A DNA stretch of 64,000 nt from Paraspadella gotoi (taxonomy: Eukaryota; Animalia; Chaetognatha). How positions within the stretch are numbered: position 1 is the stretch's first letter; each line of letters starts with the position of its first letter. The stretch lies in contig CM119264.1 of assembly GCA_051294375.1 (NCBI GenBank), positions 5,383,962-5,447,961 of the forward strand. Direction: 5' to 3'. Shown here one piece after another: positions 1 to 13,658 of the stretch. The notes beneath the pieces were generated by a model. The model saw only the letters and a program-made list of their open reading frames with translations. It was not told the origin of the DNA and did not search any database. A program made the translations under genes and the position numbers.

Positions 1-2744
1 TGTATCCCACGAGCTTCGGTGCAGAAATTCTACGGAAATTTCTCTCTCCTCGACTTCCGACCTCGAGATTTCCGCGATGCGTCTTAAGCTGCCCCAGCCT
101 CCGTCGAGTAAGGCTCGCCAGGCCCTGCGCCTTGTCCACCGGATGTCAAAGCCAAGTACTACGGCTGCGGCGCTGCTCTTCCGGAGGCGGTGGAGGTGAG
201 ATCTTAAGAAGGTTTGCAGGGAGAAAGTCTTCCCCGCTATAAGTGGACGAAGGAAGGAGCAGGGCGTTAACTTGAGGGTTTTTAGTTGGCGCCGCGATAC
301 TCGCGGAGCAACTCTATAAGTCACTTTTTGGTCGTCTGTCGGTCCGTCGATCTCTCCGTCGGTATGGTCTGTCCGTGGGTCTGTCCCGCTTATGTTAAAA
401 ATGTATAATTTCCCATAGTTGCTCATTTGTTAAGACAGAAAAAAATCTAAAATCTAAGGACTTTAGCGCTGCCTTCAGGAATCCTAAAACTATAAAGAAT
501 TAAAGAAGTAATTTGATGCAGTGCATGTCATAAATACATGGACAGAAAAAGTTTTTTTAGTCATCTCATATCATGTCATATTATTTATGATCAAAGGGAA
601 ATCACACGAATATAAACTTTAAAGTCACTGCGTCGCAACAATTGGACTTACCGTTCTTGTTTTTAACATATCCAATTTAACAATATCCCCATCAGGCTTG
701 CCGCGTGGTGACCTCGGCTGCGGCGGCGGTCTGGACGTCTTCGTCTCTCCAGCCTCGTCGGCGCGACGGCTTCGTCACCGGCGTCGACATGACTCCCCAA
801 CAGCTTCAAGTCGTCGTCAACACGTGGACTATCACGCGGAAGTCTATGGGTTCGAGAACCGAACGTGGCTTTCGTCGAAGGACGGTTTGGAAGTGGGCGT
901 GGTGAGGATGAGGGGAGTGGCTGGACGCGCGAGAGAATGAGAGACGGAGAGAGAGAGAAGATAGTCAGAGTCGGAGAGTGGGAGAGAAAGAGAGAGAGAA
1001 GGGAGAATAGCGGAGTGGTAACGGAGTGGTTGAGGCAGAAGAGAGAATTGCTAAAAAAATGTAGAAATAAATGATATGAAGGAGAGAAAAAAAAGTACAG
1101 AGAAAAAATTGGAAGACAGAACCAAGGAAAAGTAAAAAGATAAAGTATGGCAACATCGGATGCTGTGCATGGCTTGGGAGGGCATCTCATTGTTGGCTTT
1201 GGGGGCATCGACCCCAGAGACGCATTCAGTCACTGGCGCGGTTACCCTAGGACGGTCTCGCTTTGCCAACGCAGAGGGAGTCGTAGTCTGTGGATGGAAC
1301 ACAACGGAAAGAATGAATGATGAATGAATGAATGAATGAATGAAGAATGAATGAATGAAGAATGAATGAATGATGAACGAACGAATGGTTCCCCTTCCAC
1401 CCTTCGCAGTCCCTCGACTCGGCGCATCGCTCCGCTCCATCGACGTCGTCATCCCATTGCGTCATCAGCCTCGTGAGGACAAAGCGAAGGCTCTGGCGGA
1501 GGCCTTCAGAGTCTTGAAGGACGGAGGAGAGTTTTTTCTTCTGCACGTTTATGCCGATCGGGTGAGTGGGGGGGGGAGAATGGAGTCGGAAGACTAAAAG
1601 ATGTATGTGGTTAAGGCGCTAAGTGGGCTGAAGATGACTATCCGTAACTTTTATAACCCCCTTTAGTAGCTATGGAAAGGGTCCTGGCTTGGAACAGGCT
1701 GGGAGGGGTTGCACGCCCCCAAGGCGGCTTACGGCCGTCCTCACACTATCCGCAGGGTAGGTACCAGGTTGGGATTGAACACGGTACCTTGTNNNNNNNN
1801 NNNNNNNNNNNNNNNNNGGTCATGAGCTGATGGCTTTACTCAATGAGCCACGGGGTCTGGACTGAAGGTCTCATGCTTATAGGCGGGGTGAACCTAGGCA
1901 ATGCCCGACTACATGTATGAGACAATATTTATATTCTAAAATGTACACACTTTACACAATCTCATTCTGTCATTAATCCGGCTCTTAAAAGGCGTCTAAA
2001 TTGGAATGAAATACAACGATAGTTTTACTGCTGATCTTAAAACAGTTTTAATATCAATTTTAAAGAATAAGACGATAAGACAATAATTGTAAGTAAAATC
2101 TTAAAAAAGTAAGTAAATTTTGATTCGGATTATTGATTAAAATATTCGCAAAAACAGGAAGTCCCCGACTCCTTCGCCAAAGACAACGAGCTTTGGGTTC
2201 TTGGCTTCGGGGGCGCCCTCCACTGGCGCCGCCTCCACGAGTTGGCGGCGTCGGTCGGCTTCTCCGCGCCGCGTCTCGTCAAAGTGAAGAAATACGACGC
2301 CGAAAACGCCGAGGTGGCGTCAAAGATCGACGGCGTCAGTTACGTCGCCGCCACCTACAAGATTTTTAAGACGAAAGCGCCGATCGACGCACCGGCGTTT
2401 CGAGTTACATACGGGGGAAACATCACCGACCACGAGGTGAGAAAGAAGATTTAAGAGGATGGTTTCGATTTAATTTAGTTTTTATTAATTATTGTAATTA
2501 ATTTATTATTGTATGTAAATAGCAATCTATATAATTATCGATTCAAACCTTCGTTCGCTCATAGGAAAAATTTTTGTTCGACGCTGAAAACACTTTCGAA
2601 CGAGCGAAGCCACGATTGGTCGACGCCATGGTCGCCGCCATCTTGATGTCGTCACGATTTAATTCTAAATTTGATTTTGAAGAAGACAAAGAAGCAAAAG
2701 TCATGAAACGAAAACCGCAGAATCCTTTTCTGCTTTTGGACTGA
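1..2744 (+). CDS. AS3MT: Arsenite methyltransferase-like gene, 5'-partial; exons <1-195, 696-~892, 1410-1561, 2158-2436, 2565-2744; exons 1-3 contain frameshifting indels
   Basis: Translating across indels gives ...VQKFYG...ARQALRLVH..VKAKYYGCGAALPE / DLGCGGGLDVF..GFVTGVDMTPQQL..RQHVDYHAEVYGF (SAM motif I) / SIDVVI.CVISL..DKAKALAEAFRVLKDGGEF..VYADR / EVPDSFAKDNELWVLGFGGALHWRRLHELAASVGFSAPRLV..VAATYKIFK..VTYGGNITDHE / EKFLFDAENTF..MVAAILMSSRF. This is collinear with the AS3MT family. GT-AG introns, TGA 2742-2744, AATAAA 2768-2773. Confidence 0.85.
279..664 (+). mobile_element. Helentron-associated (HINE/DINE-1-like) non-autonomous element in AS3MT intron 1
   Basis: Starts TTTTTAGTTG...GCAACTCTATAAG (short inverted repeat), then a (GGTC/CGTC)-type microsatellite and an AT-rich core, and ends ...CCGTTCTTGTTTT in a T run. 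The architecture matches HINE elements. Only one copy in the window. Confidence 0.45.
1657..1855 (-). mobile_element. Probable tRNA-derived SINE spanning an N gap
   Basis: Minus strand reads CCGTGGCTCATTGAGTAAAGCC (A-box-like), CTCATGA (anticodon-loop-like), gap, GTTCAATCC (B-box), then a GC-rich body within an AT-rich intron. Confidence 0.4.
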
Positions 2745-3141
2745 AACAAAGTGATAGATGATTAGTTAATAAACTTTATTATTCCTTTGTTTTAATATTT
2801 TAATTCTTGCGTTCAAAAGCTTGTTGACACATGAAGTTTAGAAGACAAAATTATAGTTCATGTTTAAGTTTTATAATACTCGTGACGTTTACTTGAACGA
2901 TTTGAAACTAGAATTTATTCCTAAAGATCGGAATACTACGCATGTCTATCTGAAATTCTCAACTTCGACTGCAAAACAAATTATGAAAGTGAAGAGACAG
3001 NNNNNNNNNNATAAAATTTAAAGAATCTTATTAAATTGGTGACATAAAATATTCTATTTTTTATTCTTTAAAACCTGGTACAGATTTTGTTTTCATGCAT
3101 TGAATAATAATATGGCTAATGCTTAACTTTTTAATGCTCTA

Positions 3142-3368
3142 AAGAGACAGTAATTATTGTTGTGTTAGTGACAGAACCGTTCAATATAAGCAGTCCCTGA
3201 GCTTCGGATCAGGCTGTAACACCGTGTTACAGGCGGGTTAAGCGCCCTGTCCCCCTTAACTGCTAGGCGACCACCGGGCTAGAACCCCAGACCTTTGGGT
3301 TGGGAGGCGAATGACTTGCCTCCGACACCAATGGCCGCTGATGAACGGTTGGTGGTTTGTCCACCATA
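3142..3368 (-). mobile_element. ~230 bp tRNA(Gly)-containing dispersed repeat, copy 1
   Basis: Near-identical to 3551-3784 and to the reverse complement of 46554-46788. Contains a tRNA-like segment on the minus strand, subterminal inverted repeats AACCGTTCA/TGAACGGTT and a terminal GGTGG..CCACC hairpin. Confidence 0.85.
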
Positions 3369-3424
3369 CATCCCCCTCTCCTGTAGGGAGAAGTCTGTTG
3401 CGTCTCTTCAGTGAATTGTTGTTG

Positions 3425-3510
3425 TTGGTGGAAAGTGCGTCACCAAGTTGAGGCATGTCGCCTGATGAGTTGGCGGAAAGTGCATCGCCAGGTTGAGGCA
3501 TGTCGCCTGA
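3425..3510. repeat. Two ~41 bp tandem units between the repeat copies
   Basis: TTGGTGGAAAGTGCGTCACCAAGTTGAGGCATGTCGCCTGA followed by TTGGCGGAAAGTGCATCGCCAGGTTGAGGCATGTCGCCTGA. Confidence 0.85.
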
Positions 3511-3550
3511 AAGTGTTGTTGCTGTTGTGTTCGGAAGTCGGGGTCACCAA

Positions 3551-3784
3551 TGAAGAGACATTAATTATTGATAAGTGTTAATGACAGAACCGTTCAATAT
3601 AAGCAGTCCCTGAGCTTCGGATCAGGCTGTAACACCATGTTACAGGCGGGTTAAGCGCCCCGTCCCTCTTAACTGCTAGGCGGCCACCAGGCTAGAACCC
3701 CGGACCTTTGGGTTGGGAGGCGAATGACTTGCCTCCGGCACAAATAGCCGCTGATGAACGGTTGGTGGATTTTAGTCCACCATA
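3551..3784 (-). mobile_element. ~230 bp tRNA(Gly)-containing dispersed repeat, copy 2
   Basis: Direct repeat of 3142-3368 with scattered substitutions. Confidence 0.85.
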
Positions 3785-4951
3785 AAAGCTTCCATTATCA
3801 TTATGAGAACCGCAAGTCCAATGATACGGGGAGAGAGAGACAGACCGACCTTATTGGTGTTACGTCTCTGAGGCTAGAAAATGACGGAATTACAAAACGA
3901 AAAAAAAAAAAAAACCTATTACAAAGAATTAAAGTCTCTCGCTGAGAGTTAAAGATGTCAAATTTGTGAAATAAGTCTACAGGGCAAGAGAAACTCGTCT
4001 TTTCGTCAATGTAGTTTACGTTGGGGTCGAGAAAAAATAGAGAAAATAGATGAGGTTCTTCTGTCATGAGTCGCGATCGAATTAAATGGAGCGCTCTATG
4101 AAATTTGAGTCGACCATGCTATTCTTAAACGCTTTGATTATCATGTACTTTACTATAAATATAAAAAAATATATTGGGAAACACCTGAATATATAAATGA
4201 ATGTAAGTATAAGTGGAGGAATACGAGAAAAAACAATGAATGAATAAATTAATTAATTAATTAATTAATGAATGAATGAATGAATTAAGAAATAATTTAA
4301 TGTTTGAATTTATGAATGATTTAGTGAAAGTTTATTAATGGAAATCTGGAAAGTGGAACATTTTCTGGCTGCCAGAGGTTTGAGCAAGGGGCGGAAGTGA
4401 GTCTGTCTAGAATCCTGAAAAATCTTAAAAAATAATATTAATTTTTACTTAAAAGAATTTCTAGTTATAGCATTTCAGATAGAATCAGAACCAAATCCAA
4501 ATGATAGTTTCATCGAATACTCTCATTGTTTTTTACAATCTAGCTAACACTCGAATGTAATTTTTTTATTCTGCTTATGGTTTCCTAAAATATTTTAATT
4601 TCTTTTGAAGCTTTAGCACCTTAATTTTTAATGAGTATAAAAAAAAACAATTATCCCATTAATAACGGATTCGATTATAAAAATCTTTTTATTGATTTTG
4701 TTCGGTATCAAAAAAAAAAAATCTCCGGTGCCAAAATAAACTTTGGATCCCAAAACAAACGGAAGATCTGGACATTTAAATTAAAAGGAGGAAATGAAAA
4801 GGATTTTAAAGTTTTTATGACTTTTACAATATTTAATTGAAATTTAGTTTTTCTCTCGGATCCTCAACCGATTAAAATTTCTTTGGGAATTAAACGTCAT
4901 TCATTCCAATTAAACTTTAATGTCGAAAATAGAGGATCTAACAACTTGGCG

Positions 4952-8280
<3,329 letters not shown>

Positions 8281-9112
8281 AAGCAAGTGGGCGGGAGTCC
8301 TTGTCCTAGGCTAGGGGGGGTTAGAGATGCTGATTTGAGCCATATAGCCAAAACCAATTGCCAATTGCAACATTTCTCATATTAAGCTACTGAACTAAAA
8401 TGTTTATCCTTTTTTTTATTATCGCTGAAATGAATCGTATAATATTTCCAGAGAAAAACACTGACATCCGTCTCCCAATAACAAAATAACAAAATAATAC
8501 ATATCAAATATTTTAAAATCCAAAACTTAAAATACTGAAACAAGGAGTTTTTCATTTTTCATAATATTTATTTTTATTATTGATTCAGAATTAAATCGAA
8601 TTCTACTTCTGCCAATGGAATCAATCAATGCGACATCGGGTCACCCAATCAAATATGATTTTAAACCCTTTTCGAATTTGGTGTTTCTGTAATCGCAACA
8701 GTACTAATTTTTGTAACTATGACACAATGAAAAATAACGTGGCGTTACTGTTCCGTGCATAAAAAAAATCCACTGTTCAATATTATTATATTTCTTTTTA
8801 ATTTTTTAAAACATTATATTTCATATTTCGATATCCAAAATATTCAATGCCAAAAGTCCTTTTTTTGTTTTTTAGAGAATGACCACCAAATATAGGTGTT
8901 TTTGTGAAAGAGATAATTTTAAAAAGTTACTTATTCATATTTTATTCCAGAATTGTAATAGAAAAATTTAAAAATAAAGTACCAATAGTTGTGTATGTCT
9001 CAAATAGATGAAAAAAAACCCTCATTTAAAAATTCGATCGGGAAGTGGGTAACTAAGGCTGACCAATTGGCATCCTCCCACGCCGATTGTTCTCTCAAAT
9101 AATTTTTTATTT

Positions 9113-12100
9113 TGTCGAGGAGGAACTAGTAGGGTCAGCCTCCTCGCAGGCGTATTCTCGTCCTAGACCCACGTCGCCGCCATACTGGGGAGACTGCGTC
9201 AACTCCCCTCGTCGCCGGAAGTGGGCGCGCCCGCTCACCGCATCCAACGCCCCTTGGTTGCGGTGATATCCGTATGCGCGCCATATTCGGCGAGTGACGC
9301 CGCAGAGACCCTTTGTCGGCGAGGTGTCAGCCTCTTTCGTCCACCGCCTCCGTCAGTTGCCACAAGGTCCATCGAAACGTGCCTGTGGTCGAAGTGTGGA
9401 CCTCCACAAGTCTATTGTCCACGTTGGACAAGACGTACTGTATCTGCTACAAGGTTTGACAAGACGGTGACTGCAGTGAAAACAGTCTCATGTCCCCGTA
9501 CAAAAAGCCGTTTTGGGACGGGCTGAAGTCTCTTCAGTGGACTGGTCTCTTGTGAAACATGAACGTAAAGAGCATAGAATTTAGCCACACAGATAGACTT
9601 TCAGTAGGACAAAAAGAGGAGAAACGAATCATGATGGTAAAATAAACAGATGAGCAACGGCATCTCTCAAACACCCCACCTTTTCCCTGACAGCAAAGGG
9701 AGCCGGAAAATGCCCCTTGAAGGAAGAGGAGAATTGAGAAAAATGAGGAAAAATGAAAATAGTAAAAGAAAAAGAGAAATGAGAAATAGTAAAACTTACG
9801 AAAAAATAAACAAAAATGATAGAAAATGAAAATGTGCAAACCTTGTAAACTATTTTTAAGTTATAGCCCGTCGAACGTCAGTGACGTCAAACCATAATAA
9901 TTTTTTTTTTTATAAATAAACATTTAAACATTCATTTGTACAAATACCTGGTCATTGAAAATAAAACTGTTCATATTCATAAAATAAACATTCTCTATAA
10001 GTATTCAATTATTTCGTTTACTTGTGTCTTAAAAATAATCTCGGTTTCAATTTTTTAAGCAAAGATCGATCAGACAAAAAAAATATTTTTTAAAACGTTT
10101 TGAAACGATTAAAATTATCACGACAACATTACAAAAAATCGTCTAATTTCAAAGACACAAAACCGGAAAATAAACGTTGAAACTGTTACCCAAACATATT
10201 AATCTGTGACTTTCAGAAAACCGAGTGCTTAATTCCAAGCCGGACGTCCGACAGATATAAAACGCTAAAAAAAAGATTCCAATTGTAATAAGCAAATAAT
10301 ACATTGGAATAAAATTGTTTTCAATATAAAAAAAAATTCAAATCAAGTACATGTAATCAATCTTAGCAAAAACGTTAGTCTTAAAAGCATGCAAGCACAT
10401 AAACCTAAAAACATGTAAAATGAATTAATTTGCCAAAGACATTTAACCTAACATAATATTTTTTTTTTTTTACGAAAGCAAAATCTAAATTGATTCAAAC
10501 ATTGTAAACGTGAAACTACTTTAACTTTAAACACGAAAAAAAGTCAATCTAAACGTAATTACTGCTCATAAAAAAGGTGGGTCCGTCTTGTCAGTCCCCA
10601 AGTTGTGTTAAGCGCACTTACCGGCGCCCCACGCTCGTCAACCGCGGTCTAGGGCATGCTATCACACCCTCGTCGGCGATCAAGGACCTCCAGGGATGTC
10701 AACTTCTTGCTGCGGGCAGAACATCGCAGGCTTAGCCTCGGCAGCAACCAAGCGTCATCCGCATGGTCACGCTCGTTCTCCATAAGAGAGGTCGTGACAC
10801 ACGCCTCTCGGGGATATCAAGTCGAGAGTTTCACCGGCTCGCCTTCCCTGAACCTCGTCAACGCAGGAGAGTATCTCGGTTACTCCGGCTCACCGCGGGA
10901 CAAGGGGACGTAGTTTTCATCGTAATCGTAGTGAAACCCCCGGGTCGGGGTCGTCCCAAAAAAGAAAAATACTAAAACCGTTTCTCGTTGTCCGTGGTCA
11001 GCATTCGAAAAGAAGCTGCCACGTGAAAACGTCAAACGAGGGACACAAATTCATGTCGTCGCGCGTCACGTAATATTGTCATAAAAAAAATTGTAAACGT
11101 TGACAGACTAATAAAACTAGGAAGCTATTTTTATCAAAATGTAATGAACGAGCGAAAAAAACGTTTCAACCAAAAAAAAAATTGAAATTATCGTTCTTAT
11201 TAAAACATATAAAACAGCGAATTAATAATCCATAGCTGAAAGATTGTTTCGATTACGGTCGCTAAACAAACAGATTAAACAGATCAATAAAAAAATACCA
11301 ATTTAAAAAACGAATAAAACTAGATAAAAATCGTCGTCGTATAACAGCAATAGTCTATACACTGGGAGGAGGCTGTTCTTCATCAGCGCCCCCACCGTTC
11401 GTCAACATTGGGCAAGAACTGAGACGCACCGCAGTCGTGACTGAGGATCATCTGATTGCATCGAGCTCGTCGGTCGAAGATTGATAAAGCACTCCTAGCC
11501 TGCCAAAACAGGAGCGTCGCAGGAATTTGCATAGTCACCGCCGCTTCCGCTGAAATATTTTCGCGGTGGGAAAGGGGGTGGGGGGGGACCAGTGTCGAGG
11601 GGGTGTGCCGGTGATGGGCGGGAGGTGAGGGGGAAGGTGAAGGTGGTGACGGGCCGAGGCGGGGGGGGCGGGGAGGGGGAAAGGAGGGGGGAAAAGGGCG
11701 GAACGCGCGAGGGGGGGTGGGGAAGCTGGAGGGGGGAGGGGGGGGAGTGGGAGCGGGAGAAGGAGGGGGGGGGGGGTGGGGGAAGAAGGGCGAAAGAGGG
11801 GTATGGGGGGGGGGGGGAGTGGGAGGGGAAAGAGATTTGCCGGCATCCCCCGTCGTCCGTTGGTACATCCTTTTCCACATCAATGAAAGACCCCAAAAGA
11901 CGAAGACACAAGAAGGGCCTTTTTACTGTCAGCAACTAGTAGTCAGCCTGCCCTCGCCAAAGGCGTTATCTCCGTCCTTATGGACCCGTTCGCGCCATTA
12001 CTGGGGGAGACCTGCCGGTCAACCTCCCCTCTTCGCCGGAAGTGGGCGCGGCCGCATCAACGCCCCTTTGGTCAGATGTCGCGTCGCGAGTGACGCCGAG

Positions 12101-12472
12101 ACCCCTTTGTCGGCGAGGGTGTCAGCCTCTTTGTCACCGCTCCGTCATGTTGTCCACAAGTCCAATCGAAAGGGCCTGTGGTCGAAGTGTGGACTCCACA
12201 AGCTGTTGTCCCACAACGTGGACAAGACGTCATGATTCTGCTACAGTGGTGACAAGACGTGACTGTAGTGAAAAACAGGTTCTCCATGTGTCCCCGTAAA
12301 AAAGCCGTTTTGGGACGGGCTGAAGTCTCTCCAGTGACTGGGTCTCTCTGTGAAACATTGAAGCGTAAAGAGCATAGAAAGTAGCCACACAGATTAGACT
12401 TCATGTAGACAAAGGTAGAAAACGAATCTATGATGGTAAATAAACAGATGAGCAACGGCATGTCTCTCAAAA
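9113..12472. mobile_element. Non-autonomous LTR-type element (LTRs 9113-9673 and 11927-12472)
   Basis: ~550 bp direct repeats, both starting TGTC..AACTAGTAG and ending CTCTCAAA(C)A, with AATAAA near the end. TTATTT flanks both outer ends (9107-9112, 12473-12478) as a TSD. The ~2.25 kb interior has no recognisable gag/pol. Confidence 0.7.
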
Positions 12473-13611
12473 TTATTTAATACATTTGAAAGAGAAAAAA
12501 AAGAAAAATTCAGAATGCAGGTTGTATAAAGGGTACAGATAATCTGGACTTACTGACATGATAACCATGACCTTTTATATCTTGTGAATGGGGGCAGTAA
12601 AGATATCTAAAAAATTAGATCATTAAGTCAGTCAATGAACCCTTTCTAATGGGCTATTACGAGAAATATTTTTATTAATTAAAATGGATGATAAATAATA
12701 GAATTAAATTCCTTGCTATATTTAAAAGAAAATTATCAATACAATTTAACACAATGATGTTTGCTTTGTCAAATATATTGCCAGTTTATATAATTTTTTA
12801 AAATTTTAATTATGATAAACAAGCAGTGTGTCAAGCTTTAGTTTGCAGTTAAAAATAATAAAAATGCTAATTTTTTTTCACAGACAAGAAGGTAGATGTC
12901 TAGACTGTTTATATCAAGCTGAAAACATTTTTGTATTTATCATTTTTGATATTTAAAAAAACATTTTATCAAGCTACAACCTAAATTTTTGCTTGTTTTT
13001 TACTTTAACTTAAAAATATAAGCAGTTTTATGGAATAAAAAAAATTTAATAATAATCAAAATGTAATTCAGTCTTTCCTTTTTCAAATTACAAAGAAAAA
13101 TTAAAAAAATTCATATGCCTTCATTTGAAACTTTTAAAGCAAAAAACTGTTATACTTTTAACTCTGATTTAAACAAAGCTGTATAAAAATTTATGGATTA
13201 ATTTAATAAACTTTTTAGAAAGGTGTCCCATGATTAGGCTTCTAATTTGATACCACACCCATCTTGCTAGCTCTTTTCTTTCAAAAGTTATTTAAAAAAA
13301 TAACTTTTTTCAAACTACGCAGTACAAATCTTTGTTAATAAAAATTTTGGCAAAGCGGGAGTATCTCACTTATTTCTATTGATACAATACTTAAATTTTA
13401 AAATAAAACTTGAAGAAAATTTTTTTGTCATTTAGAGACATATCACTTTTAGATGTACCCATCGTATAATAATTGATTTATTTATTCCCTAAAAAAAGCC
13501 TAATTAAAAAAGTTGAAATTTTTTAAAATTGTTGGAAAAAAAATTTTCTCCGACCTCATGCTCATTGAGAATAATGGTTTTGCATAGAAAATCAAAATAT
13601 CAAAAAAATAA

Positions 13612-13658
13612 AAAAATCAGCCTCTAGAAAAATTGAAAGGCTAGAGGCTGATTTTTTT
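13612..13658. repeat. Short perfect inverted repeat (17 bp stem)
   Basis: AAAAAATCAGCCTCTAG-AAAAATTGAAAGG-CTAGAGGCTGATTTTTT inside the TIR element. Confidence 0.8.

Noticed and set aside
3338-3485. CTGATGA motifs as hammerhead ribozyme cores (also GAAACGTC at ~45394)
   Set aside because: I could not build stem II plus GAAA plus stems I/III around any of them.
3142-3784. Repeat-spacer-repeat as a CRISPR array or LTR pair
   Set aside because: Eukaryotic context, 230 bp units, no cas genes, no TG..CA ends, and a solo inverted copy with a tRNA-like core elsewhere.
11383-11939. Pro-rich and Gly-rich ORFs in several frames
   Set aside because: Produced by a stop-free G/C tract inside the LTR element; no domain recognised.
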